DNA of 64,000 nt from Cyanophora paradoxa CCMP329 (Eukaryota; Plantae; Glaucophyta). Below are positions 1 through 11,441 of the stretch, one piece after another; position 1 is the first letter of the stretch; each line of letters begins with the position of its first letter. Location of the stretch: contig QPMI01000222.1 of NCBI GenBank assembly GCA_004431415.1, positions 88,033 to 152,032 of the forward strand. The letters run 5' to 3'. A model generated the notes under the pieces. It saw only the letters and a program-made list of their open reading frames with translations. It made no database searches and had not been told where the DNA came from. The position numbers and the translations under genes were made by a program.

Positions 1-115
1 CAGAGCGTGAGAGGAGATAAAGGGCGAAGGGGGCGAAGGGGGAGGGGTAGGAAAGGGGGTGGAAGGGGAAGGGGGAAGGGGAGAAGGGGGGAAAGAGGGG
101 GGAGAGGTGATGTGT

Positions 116-146
<31 letters not shown>

Positions 147-253
147 GGGGGGGGGCGGGGGAGGGAGGAGGGAGGGCGGAGGAAGAAGCGAGGGTAAGGA
201 GGCGGGGGGGGGGGGGGGAGGGGGGAAGGAGGCGGGGGGGTACAGGGGCGCGC

Positions 254-1381
254 CGAGAGGCCGAGGATGAGGTTTGGCGTGTTGGTGCGGCGGTGGTGGA
301 TGTACCCCCTTCGCCCCACCGCTATGATTCGCCACCTGCGCGCGGAGCAAGTGGAACCGTGAATTCGAATCGAAATCGCAGGGCAAAAGACATGTAACGG
401 GGTATATATGCGGGGTACGGATCCCGGGCACGCCTGCGGTCCGCTGCGGCGAAATCGTCCTGCTCCCGTATGTCGCCCTGCAGCGAATCGGGGTGCGACG
501 CGCTGAGCGAAGCAAACGTGTAATCCCCCGAATCGATGTTTCCTGCACGCGCATGCGTGGATCACGATCACGATCAGGGTGCGGAGGCCGGCGGCCGTGG
601 GCGGGCGGGCCGGGGCCTGTACCGTCAGAGATCCCGGCGAGGTGCGCGAGGAACGCCGGGGGGGAGCTGGTAACCTGTGACCGAGCTCAGCGGCTTGCCC
701 CGCGGGTCCCGCTATATATATGTATTTACGACCACCTCTCCGTCCTAGCGATCGCTGTACCCCCGCCCCCGCCCCAGCTGTACCCAGCGCACGTCGTAGA
801 GGAAGAGGTCGAGGTTCTCGAGGGTGATACCCCCCGCGCTCGCCGCCAGCATCTCGTCCAGCTTGTACACGACGTCTGGGAGGGGGGGATCAGCAGCCGA
901 AAGGGAGGGGGAGGGAGGGTAGCCGGGGCGGGGGGGGGGGGGAAGGGCAAAGGGGAGGAGATAGGGGCGGGGACGGGGGGCGAGGGGGAGGAGGGGGGGG
1001 TGGGAACTAAAATTTCAGCCTTCTTTTCCAATGGGGAAGTGAGTTGCAATGGGGAAGGCACCGATGAAGGAGTGAAGGCTGTCGGCCCCGCGGAAGGGGC
1101 GCCCCACGCGCCCCGTCCCCGCATCGAAGAAAAGGGGTTCGAAGACTGCGCGGGCCAAGCCGAGGTCGGCGTCAGCACTGGCCGAGCGCGTGCGGTCCCG
1201 GGGCCATTGTGGGATTGGAAGCCGGAGCCGGCAGCCCCGCTCCGAAGCCGGCGAGCGTCACGCGCGCGAGCGGGGGCGGGGTACCTATGACGCCATACTG
1301 CCGCTTCGTCGACTGCACAAGCGTGATCCTGCGCATTATTAGTGACTCCGAGGCTCAAAACAAATCCTGAAAGGGGTTGGG

Positions 1382-1425
<44 letters not shown>

Positions 1426-3853
1426 CCTCGGTGTGCAGGCCTGGGCGCCGGTGGTGCGCGCCTTGTCGATCGCCGCCCGCCGCTCGGCGTTGCTGTACAG
1501 GTCGAAACCGAGCTGCGAAGGTTGAAGCGGTGCTCAAGGTCAGCAACGCTAAAGACAGCCGAACGGGCAAGCTGCGGGGCGCATGCACCGCAGCCTCGTT
1601 TCCCTTGTACGGCTCGATGAACTGCGCGGGAGCCTTCTTGGTCAGCTCAGCTCGGACCCTCATCTACACAGCTATATATAGATCTAGATCTCGCGCGCGT
1701 GCGTCGGCCGCGGGCACCTGGACGGGGAAGTAGAGGGGCCGGCCGCCGGCCCGCACGAGGCTGTTGTTCGAGTCCCGCTCCGTCCACTGGAAGCCCGGCC
1801 TGTACCTGCGCATGCCGAGGCCCCCGCCCGCTCGCGATTTGGCCCAGTGGGCCAGAGGAATGACCGCCACCGGCGCGTGTGTATAATTTATAAACCCCCG
1901 CCTCCCGCTTTGGTGAGGCCTATTTAATTAGGGCGATGCTATAGCGAGATCTAGAGCTTCCGAACCTAGAGCGGCGCGCCCGTTTCTGGCTTCCTGCTAA
2001 TGAGGAAGCTCCGGCTCTAAAGCTAGATATTTATTGATCTAGATCTAGATCTAGATCGGCCCCCCCCCCGCGAGGAATCCGCGTCGCGCATGCGCATGCG
2101 CACGCTCGGCCTTCGGCCTCGTAAAGGGCGCGGTTCGACGGGGTCCCGACGGGTACGTACGCCACCCCTTGCATCGCCCTGCGCGGGGGGGGGGGGGGCA
2201 GGGGAGGGGGGGGGGGGGCGGGAGGTTAGGGGGCGAAGGGGAAAGTTGAAGCGGGCGGTGGGATGGGGGGGGGGGGGCAAAAAGGGGGGGGGCGGGCTCT
2301 TGGGGGGAGGGAGTAGGATTGAGACGGATGGCAGGCATCTCAATAGAGGGGAGGGGGGAAAGAGGAAGGAGCCGAGGGGAGGGGGGGGGGATTAAGAGAG
2401 AGAGACTCGGAGGGGATTGGGGTGCGGGGGCGGGGGAGAGGGGGCCGGGGGGGGGGGGGGGGGGGGGAGGATGAAGGATGAGGGGCAGGGCATCTTAAGA
2501 GGGAATGGAGGGGTTGGAGGGGTACGGGGCTCGCGCACGGGGATCTCCAGTACCGGTCCGGGTTCGCGAAATCAGCGAACTCGCTCCGCGACACGGAGCT
2601 GCGCGCGGGCGCCCTTAAGAACACCAAACAAATAACAAATTTCATATCATTTATATTAATGGATGCCGCTTCTTAGCTTAGCTTATGATGATGGCCATGG
2701 GCCAGTCGCCCGGGACGGCCGCGCGCGGGCCGCGGCCGGAGATTTAGATCTAGAGCGGGCGGGGGCGCCGGCGGACCCATTCTGTGTCACGTAATGGTTC
2801 GCCATGAGCTCGAGGTACTGCGGACGCGGACGGAAGGGCGCGTGGAGGCGTCACCATAAGCCTCACTACGAATTCGAAGGGCCCAAACGTTAACGAAGGG
2901 AAAGGGGGTACCATCAGGCTCCGGGTCCACTGATTCTCAACGGCTTGGATGGCCTGCGCCGGACAGTGTCGTATTTTCAGCGGCGGCGCGTCGGGCCGGC
3001 CGCGGGCCCGGGGGCGGCGCGCGCGCATTCTCGGCGGTCGCAAGAAAGAAGAGCCTGGCCAGCTGTTCCTCATCGTTGATCATCAACCGGTACTGCGCAG
3101 CGAGGCGGGTCGATCGCGAGCTGGATCGCAGCCCCGGGGGCCGGCCCGGGCCAGGCCGGGGCGGCGGCGGCGGCCGCGGCGGCGGCGCTTCAGATTTAAT
3201 TCGAAGAGGGCAGTCGCACCTTTAGGTACGTGAGGCCGCACGCGAAGGCGAGGAAAGCAAAGGTGAGGGCCGGCCGCACGTACAGCTTGTACCTGCGTTC
3301 GCAGGCCGCCGTTAACGTTTTCAGAGAACGTCTATCCGATAATTAAATATTTAATTTCAGCTGCAGGGGCTCGCGATGAAGGCCTATATAGCTAGCTATA
3401 GGAATAATTAAGCGCTCACTTGCGGCGGCCCTCGCGCAGAGCCTCGATCCGCGCCAGACGCGTGAAGCTGATGACCGACGACGCGGACCGGAGCTCCCCG
3501 GCACCGGCACCCGTAACGGCGACGCCTCGAGCTCCGGCGCTTCGGCCGGCGGCGGCGGCCGGCGCCGCGGCCGCGGCCGCGCCGAAAGCATCCCTCCGCC
3601 CCGGGCGTGGGCTGATGCAGATGGGCCGCCCCGTCGCGGGCGAGGCGTAAACGATGCTCTGACTCCCGCGGCGGGAACTGGCGGCGCTCTTCGCCAAGGC
3701 CGGCGCGGCCTCGGGCGCATGCAATTGCAGGCGCGGCCGCAGGGCATCGTCTGCGTCCGGCTGCAGCTGCGCGGCAGCAGCCCGCGCTGTCCGCGCGTGA
3801 CCCACGTGTTCCTCGTCAAATCCAATGCTGTCGTCAGCTGTCGCCGCGGCCAT
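254..3853 (-). CDS. TM-CHASE-TM membrane sensor protein, 3' part beyond left window edge (16 exons, 484 codons visible)
   Basis: Exons 3853-3420, 3292-3220, 3092-3027, 2953-2912, 2817-2777, 2598-2539, 2178-2104, 1805-1718, 1621-1589, 1512-1427, 1328-1285, 1145-1062, 875-793, 674-623, 542-434, 335-254 join in phase (1452 nt). Product: TM1 (PALTFAFLAFACGLTY), then SVSRSEFADF...AMQGVAYVP...RALYEAEGR...LYFPVQFIEPYKGNEAALGFDLYSNAERRAAIDKARTTGAQACTPRITLVQ...QYGVIVFEPLF...SFIDVVYKLDEML...LDLFLYD...ADRRWRII...PNLILGLS. This matches the CHASE consensus (YPVxYIEP, ALGFDL, RRAAxxxA, RITLVQ) followed by the start of TM2. Confidence 0.88.
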
Positions 3854-4631
3854 ATGCATCGAGCAGTTGCGCATGCAGCGGCCGCGGAGGCTCAACCGGC
3901 GAGGTTGCAACGTAGACTGCAGCTAAGATGTTATAATCATCTGCCGCTGCTGATCGAATGCTCTTGATCTTGACCGGCGGTTTGGGCCATATACATGCAT
4001 ATGCATGTCCATGGGCGGCCCACGGGCCACGGCGCGCGGGTCACCGCGCGCGCGCTGCCATGGCCATGGCCATGGCCAGCTGCAGGCTGAGTGTGAAGCC
4101 AACTCGGTGTGCGTACTAGTAAGCGGCGAGATACAGCAGCTGAGCCGCTCAGCGGCGACAGCGCTGAGGAGCGTCGTCCGCTTCCGACCGTCCGAAGCAC
4201 TGCGGCAGCCGCTGCTGCAATGCAGCTGCAGCCCCCTTCGAGGGACCGGTACCGTACCCGGGACTCCCGCAGTCTCCCGCGGGCCGCAGCGCAGTCTCCG
4301 GGGACTGTCACGGTAAGTTGCAGAACTTGCGCATGCAGGCGCCCGCTGCGGCGCCGCCCGGGCCCGAAAGGACGCGGGATTCCGGGTCCAATTTCCGGAT
4401 TACCAGTATACGTACTAGTAGGCTAGTAGTAGCCTCAACGGGCGCGATACGTACCCCGGTACCCGGCCGGCGTTTTTTAATTTTGCAGCAAAATCGATTC
4501 ATTCGATTCGGTTCCGATCAATTTCAAGTTACCGGGTACCGGTACGTTCCGGCCCAACTTCCGGGCGCCGCCGCCGCGGCGGCGGCCGGCATGCGCACTG
4601 CGCCCCAGCACGGCCCGCCGGGCCGGCACTG

Positions 4632-5187
4632 AAGTAACAGTAGTACAATGAACTATAGTACCTTTTCACCACAGTACCAGGCCAGGCTGGGAAATTGCAA
4701 CTCGGCGGCCGACGCTTACCTTTTGCTGCCAAATTTGACATTTGGGACCTGCGAACTACGGCTGGTCTGAGCTTGGAGAAGCAAAAAAATGCCACTGGAA
4801 ACCTTGCCCAATGGTGTATTTGTCCATTTCATTTGTTGAGTAGTAAAAAAACAAGCGGTTCCAGCCCGCATAGTACTGTGGTTTCGTGTACCCAGGGGAC
4901 CCTTTCGCTGGCGGAAAAGGCCAATCGTTTACTACAGCGAGTCGAGTCAAAAAGCTTCAGTCTGAAACTCGGGCGATTTGGTGATTGGACGCTTTAAATC
5001 AAAAAGGCCGGGTACGTCAAAATTTATTACTACGGCGAGTCGAGTCAAAAAGCCCCAGTCGGAAACTCGAGCGATTTGGTGATTGGTCAATTTAAATCCA
5101 TGGGCTTATAGCTAGCGCTGTACATGTACGGTCTGTACCCAGCTAGCAAGCGGGGGGGGTGCGGGGGGGCGGAGCCCCCCTGCTTGT
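4632..5187 (+). mobile_element. Possible non-autonomous Helitron-like element (3' hairpin end)
   Basis: Compositionally distinct segment with internal direct repeats, ending in GGGGGGGTGCGGGGGGGCGGAGCCCCCCTGCTTG|T: a GC hairpin just before CTTG|T, similar to Helitron CTRR|T ends. No 5' TC end or Rep/Hel ORF identified. Confidence 0.3.
4936..5098. repeat. Two diverged ~65-bp direct repeats in an AT-richer island
   Basis: GCGAGTCGAGTCAAAAAGC...GAAACTCG.GCGATTTGGTGATTGG...TTTAAATC at ~4936-5000 and ~5034-5098. Confidence 0.8.
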
Positions 5188-5919
5188 TACTATAAGTTAC
5201 TTGCAAAGTTCCAAATTTGCAGCTTCCGATTCAAGTTCCGAAGTTCCGAAGTTCCGCCGGCGCCGGCACGCCGCGGTGACGGGTCACCGGGTGACGGGCC
5301 GCGGCCGCGCCGCACGGCGCCGCACGGGCCGGCACGGCGCGTGATTCCGTTCCGGATTCCGCGTGAACCACGTGCACTGCGACCAGCTCACTGTCAGCGG
5401 CTGCATGCGCAGGGCGCCAGCCGCAGGCTGCAGCTGCACGTACGTAAATATACGTCGAGTCGGCGGGGACTCGAGCTCGCGATCGGCCGGCGCTGGCCGC
5501 GCGGGCGCCGCGCGGGCGGAGCGATGCCGTGCTCGATTTCCGATTTCGATCGATGTATGTCGCGATATCGATATCGCTAGAGCGCTCGCGATAACCTGGA
5601 GGGCAATGCAGCCTACATATATTTATATATTTACACGCATATACGCCATTACACGCAGGCCGCCCCCTAATTATAACTAGCAGACCGCGCCCGGCCCTGT
5701 GCAAGAGTGGCAAGTGCGGGCCACGCGCGGAGGTGCAAGGGGGGTACTGGTACACATTGCAGGGTACTTAGGGTGGAGGGGGGGGGGCGGAAGGGGGGGG
5801 GAGGGGGGAGGGGGCAGAGAGGCAAGGCTGGCTGCCGGGCGAGGCGGGCGGGGTGGCGAGGCGGGCAGGTGGGGTGGCGTCGCGGCGGCGGGACCGGGCA
5901 GGCAGGCAGGCGAAGGCGG

Positions 5920-6365
5920 CGGCGGGCAGGGAAGCGGGCGGAGGGGCAGGTGGCGCCGGGCCCTGCGCATAGCCTGCACATACGCAGAGCCGAGGCGTCA
6001 GCTCGCCCCGGACAGCGGCCGTGCGGGGGCGGGGCCCAGCGGGGGCGGCCGGGCCAGGTGCGCGGCAGCAGCGGCGGAGCGAACCTGGAGTCGACGACGC
6101 TGGAGCAGCCGGCAAGCCTAGGGCGCCGGCGGCGGGCGGGGAAGCGGGCGGAGGGGCAGGTGGCGCCGGGCCCTGCGCATAGCCTGCACATACGCAGAGC
6201 CGAGGCGTCAGCTCGCCCCGGAAAGCGGCCGTGCGGGGGCGGGGCCCAGCGGGGGCGGCCGGGCCAGGTGCGCGGCAGCAGCGGCGGAGCGAACCTGGAG
6301 TCGACGACGCTGAAGCAACCGGCAGGGCGGCGGGCGGGGAAGCGAGCGGAGGGGCAGGTGGCCTA
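5920..6365. repeat. ~210-bp tandem duplication (two copies plus a partial third)
   Basis: GAAGCGGGCGGAGGGGCAGGTGGCGCCGGGCCCTGCGCATAGCC...GAACCTGGAGTCGACGACGCTG starts at 5931 and 6141 (near identical); partial copy at ~6340. Confidence 0.92.
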
Positions 6366-6880
6366 GGGCCTAGGGCCTAGGGCCGAGGCGCCAGCGCGCT
6401 CTGGAGAGCGGCGGCGCGGGGGCGAGGCCCAGTGGCGCCGGCTAGCTCGGCCCAGCTGCAGCGAATACTGCGGGCGCTGGGGCGCTGGCCGCGGGTCAAG
6501 ACACGCGCGCGTGGCGTTGAGGGCTAGCTATCTAGGCCTAGGCGTTCACTCGTACGCGTGCGAGGCCTAGGCGGCCCGCCGCGGCGCGGCTAGGCTGCGC
6601 CGTACTTGCAATTGCTCACCGGCATGACAGCTCATTGTGACTGCGCTTGAGGGTCTAGACATATCGATATCGATATCTAAATCTTAGCTGGAGTCTGCTT
6701 GAACCGGAGTTCGTCAGAAACCGAGAGCGAAGCTTAAGGCGGAACGCCGCGGCCCGAGCTCGAGGCCGCAGCCGGAATTCGAAGCGCACCGGAACGCGGC
6801 GTCGCGAGCAGAGCTGCGCATGCGAGCTCGTGCACATGTAACAGCTGCTTCGCTTGCTGCTTCTTCGCTTGCCATGGCCA

Positions 6881-6933
6881 CCTGCTCCATTCCCCCCTGC
6901 TCCATTCCCCCCTGCTCCATTCCCCCCTGCTCC
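6881..6933. repeat. 15-bp minisatellite (CCTGCTCCATTCCCC)x3+
   Basis: Read directly from the sequence. Confidence 0.9.
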
Positions 6934-7717
6934 GGCTTGAAGCACGGGTACTGCAACACGATATCGGCCGAAACTCTCGGGAGCGCTTTTTTTCGGCGCC
7001 CGGTACAACAGGTACTTGAGGCGGCCTAGCGCGCGACGCGCCGCTTCTCGAGCCAAGGCATGTATGACAGAGTTTGTAGAGCGCATTTAGAGCAATCAGG
7101 AGCACGTGGTTTGGCGCATATAGCAATAGCAGGTGAGGAGCGGCTTCGACATGTTTGCGCAGCCCCGCCATTGCATTTTTTCCGCCGCTCGCAGCGGCTA
7201 TGGTGCGATCACACCTATACGAGAGTGCATGCAAAGAATCTCATCTTACAAAAATTGCTAACACAGAAAGTACGCCGCACCAATTCACCAGGGGAGCAAG
7301 GGAGGGGGTACCCCCCCTTGCAATCATGCTCAAAGCAAATTCAAGCCTTCAAGGCTGAAGAGGGATGCATATGATCTTAACAGCAATGAGCTGATCGTGA
7401 TATATACATGATACAGTATATACGGCGCCGGCTGGCCACGGTTACATGCATATGCAACTACGTGTACAATGGAAATTTCACCGACGCGCGCTCGGGGCGC
7501 CTGGCGAGCTAAGCTCCGAAGAGACCGGCGCCGGGCCCCCCCGGTCCGATCCCGCGGCCGCCGCGGCCGCGCGGAGCGGCAGTTGCAATTGCGGCGGGTG
7601 CTGCACCGCCCGCGTTGTGGCTGCTCAGTTTCAGCGTCGGCTTTCCCTGCGCAATGTTAATTTACATTTCGATCATTTCTTTGCGTTCCCTCGATCGGTC
7701 ACGATTGCGATTGAGCG

Positions 7718-10480
7718 CTAGCGCGCGCGCGGGTTGCGCATGCGCGCGGGCTGCTCTATAGCTAGATCTAGACTCAGATCCAGCTTCTTAACGCTTCTCG
7801 CCGGCTTCTCAAAGCTTCTATGAAGCTTCTCGCCGAGCTGCACGGGGCGAACGTAGATCCAGGGGTTGTTGCCGAGGCTCTCCAGAAGGTCAAGGAAGGT
7901 TCCGTAGCTGCGAACGAAGTTTGATTTATTGGAGGGCTGACATGTGCAGCTAGCGCTCGACCGCGAGATTCAGATCTCGATCTAGATCGAACACACACGC
8001 ACGTATAAGCGTTGCAATCGATATATATATCGCCGACGCGTAAACGTCAATTGCAACGTTATAGATCAATTGCAACTGTACCGTAGTACGTACAGTAACG
8101 TACTCCACGCGCGTGCACGTGCACGTGCACGCGCGTGGGCTATACCGGTAGCTAGCGCTAGAAATGCACACGAACTGCCTGCGGCGGCGGACACAGCACG
8201 CGCGCAGGCTGGGCTATAAATTAAATAACTAGCCTTGAAGCTCGCGATTGATCGAGCTTCCAATATAAATTATATAGCTCGAGGCTGAATATAGCTCGAG
8301 CTTCCGATATTAATTCGAGCTCGCGATCGGCGGGCGGGCGGGCGCGCGCACAAGGCGAGGAGGGCGACGGCAAAGGCGAAGGCCCCCGCCACGGCGTCCA
8401 CGCCCCTCCGCCCGCTGCGCCTCCGGTCGTGATCATGATCATCGGCGCGAATCGTAGTTAATTATAGTAGGAGGCCTAGGCCTAGGAATACTAATTATAA
8501 TCGCGCTGCAGCTGGCCACACGCATGGCCGGGGGAATTCGAAGGGTCGGGCCGAGCTCGAGCCGGGCGGGGCGGGGGCGCGCGCCTGAAGTCCCCCGCGG
8601 CAAGGAAGGCGAAGGTGAGGAAGATGAGGCCCAGCAGCACTGCCGGCGCGAATAGTATTCAGCTTAAGCTTATTATATAATAAAGCTGAAGTCTCGGCTC
8701 ATGATAAAGCTTGAGTCTCGGCTAAGGCTGTAATAAATCTTAAGATGAGGCTCAGCAGCACTGCGAGCTCGAATACTATTAGCTGGAAGGGATGTTAGTA
8801 TTAGTGAGGAGGGGTGGCGAAGGTCCGGCTCTTACCCGATGCGAATCGCGATGCTCTTACGCTTATATATTATGTACTAAAGCTTAAGTCTCGGCTCATT
8901 AGGTTAATAAAGCTGTAATGAAGCTGCACGGTTTATGTAGCGGCTGCGGCGAAAGGAGGCGAGGAAGAGGACGAGGGAGAATAGCGTCCACGCGAAGTGC
9001 TGGATCCCTGAGCGAACGAAGTTTTAATATATACCCGCGCGAGCGTGAAGCGAAACTGCTTCTGATTTAGTCATAAACGAGCTGAAAGACGGGGCAGGGG
9101 CGTGGGCGCGGGGGAGGGGGGGGAAGAGGGGGAAGAGGGGGGAGGGGGGGGGGGGGGGACAGGGGCGAGGCGGGCCGTTGGCGCGTCCTCGTTCGGCGGG
9201 GGGGATCAGTGGGACGACAACGAGATCGAAGTAGGCGAATTCGATCCACGCCAGCCTGCGGTCGCGGGATTCGAATTCATTACCTTAGTACACGTACTGC
9301 GAATTGTTTGGAGGAATTTCGCGCCGAAATAAGTCAGAGGCGCCGAAATTAAATAACTCAGAGATCTCATGTCTTTGACTTTAGATCTTATGCCTTCGAA
9401 AAAATCTAGAAATAGTTCATACCTAGATTTTCAGCTCTAGAAATAAGTCAGTGACGCCCTCGAAAACATCTAGAATTCGAAATAGTTCATGTCTAGATCT
9501 TCAGCTCTAGAAATAACTCAGCGACGTTGTCCTCGAAATCCTGTCCCCCCCCCCCCCCCCCCTCCCGCACCCGAGCGCACCCAAAGCCGATGAAAGCGAC
9601 AGCCGCGAACGTGTCGAGAACTACGATCGACCAGAGCCCAGCTGCGCGAAATTAAAATCGGCCGCGGCCGGCGGGATCAATATTAATTATGAGTCATGAT
9701 CATGAGCATATATGCATGTTTATCAGATATCGATGCGCTGCAGCTGTGCGTCCGATGGTCGTGATCAATCAAAATAAGCATGCGCAGCGCACCCAGAATC
9801 TGCCCGAGACCCGCCACAAAAAACCCGTGCGTGATGAGGATGACCCCGTGGAAGCTCGGGTCCAGCAGCCGCGTCTGAATTCGAACGTGCACGTGCGCTT
9901 TGAATTAATTGCGAGAGTCATGATTCAAAATCTGGGCACGAATCGAAGGGAGGATCGAACGCACTCTCAAGGCTCCGTAAATCACTAGCGGCACCTATTT
10001 CGCGGCGAATCAGAATTTGCGAGAAATCGGCTTGCGAAATATGCGTGCGCAAGTTCGAATCCAGCGCTCACGGCAAGCATGGGCAGACCGAGGGCCGCCG
10101 GCTGCGGGCGCGAGAATATTATTAATTATGGAGGCCGGCGCCAATTAAAGATATCGATATCGATGTGCAGGGCCGCCGGACTTGATCTCAAGATCATGAA
10201 TGATCGGCTCACGTAAGCAAGGGCGCGCGGCTGCTCCTGCGATACGCCAGCTGGCGATGGGGCGTTAAGCAGGTCGATAATTATAATCAAAGGCGCGCGC
10301 TGGACGTCGAGGGCGCCGGCGCGCACTCGGGGACTCGAGCACGTCGCCCTCCTCCTGTATGGCGGCGCGGGAGAGCTTCCGCTCGACGAGGCGCGCCGTC
10401 GGCACGGGGAAGCCGAGCCGATCCTCCGTCGCGCTCCCGCGCCGCGCGCTCGCTCGGCTCCTCGGGCGCGGCGCTTCCAT
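7718..10480 (-). CDS. GPR1/FUN34/YaaH (SatP/Ato) acetate-uptake family membrane protein, 11 exons, 286 aa
   Basis: Exons 10480-10327, 10250-10213, 10101-10072, 9994-9965, 9874-9793, 9641-9581, 9255-9176, 9007-8930, 8639-8585, 8414-8352, 7907-7718 total 861 nt, in frame. Product LAYPAALGLPMLAV...GFFVAGLGQILAGLWSIVVLDTFAAVAFIGFGLAWIE...FAWTLFSLVLFLASFRRS...LIFLTFAFLAAGDF...AGAFAFAVALLAFYGTFLDLLE parallels the six helices of SatP (NPAPLGL, GGxxQxxAG, NTFxxxAFxxYGxFW, FxxLAxG, AG...Y). The exact 3' end is less certain. Confidence 0.85.
8105..8138. repeat. Perfect 34-bp intronic palindrome
   Basis: CCACGCGCGTGCACGTGCACGTGCACGCGCGTGG equals its own reverse complement. Confidence 0.95.
9325..9540. 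repeat. Degenerate ~65-70-bp AT-rich tandem repeat in a SatP-like intron
   Basis: TCTAGAA..ATAGTTCAT..CTAGAT.TTCAGCTCTAGAAATAA.TCAG at ~9405 and ~9469, plus partial upstream copies. Confidence 0.8.
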
Positions 10481-11441
10481 TTCACAATCTCGAGCTCGCG
10501 ATCGCAATATTAATTGCAAGCCCCCCTAACGTCGGACGCCCCGAGCTCCCCTGGACGCCGAGCTCGAGAATTCAAGAGCTCCCCTTAAATAATTAGGCCG
10601 GCGCCTTCGAAAAAATCCATCTTGGATCTTATATATGCATGCGCATGCGCAAACGCTTATATGGGCACGTGCACGGCAGCTGATCATGACGCGGGGAGAG
10701 CTCGCCGCGGCGGACGCGGGCGCGCCGGCGCCGCTGGCGCCGGCGGAGCCTCATAAGGGCATGCGCATATGGGGGTGGTTATCGATATCGATGAAACTTT
10801 GAAACACGTGCACACGTACGCCTAAATTAGCGCTAGCGCTGGCCATGGCGCCGGTACGTATCGCGACGGATATTTATATAATAAAAATATAATGTAATAT
10901 AATCGATCACCTTCCCGCGAGGTATATGGCCATGCCGCAGTGCATATGGCCCGCGTGGAGGGGTTGATAATAACTTGATATCGATATAGATTGCAATTGA
11001 TCATGAGCCTTTGAGGACGGTCGTGGGGCCCTACGGCTGCGGTTACTGTACCCAGCTCAGGCTGCTTCGCCTACCCCCCAATTGCGAGCTCTCGCGCACA
11101 CCACTTCTCCAGCAGACGAGATTCGCTACTCAGCTTGTAGCACCTGACCGAGAACACCTCGAGGCAGCTGCAGCCTGCAGCTCGAACGCCGTGCGCCGCG
11201 ATCCGCGTTCCGGATCCTCCGCAGTCGAGCCGATAGCTATAGAACGCCGCTCTTTCACCGAAACACCCAATAGCTGAACGGCCGGAGCTGGGCCTGCGCG
11301 GCCGCGCGCGGTACCGGCCGCGGTGCGCGGGATTCAGGATCCATTGTCGACCGGTACCTCTTGGTCTAGTTCCTAGTCAGACGGCAGCGGCTTCTTTGAT
11401 CTCTTTTACGGCGGCCCGGCGGCCCGCGGCCGGTCGGCGCG

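Noticed and set aside
1-250. Telomeric repeat at the window start
   Set aside because: Irregular G/A runs with no fixed unit; they fall in an intron of the CHASE gene.
5667-6366. ORFs across the 210-bp duplication
   Set aside because: Open in many frames only because of GC content; no domain or splice support.
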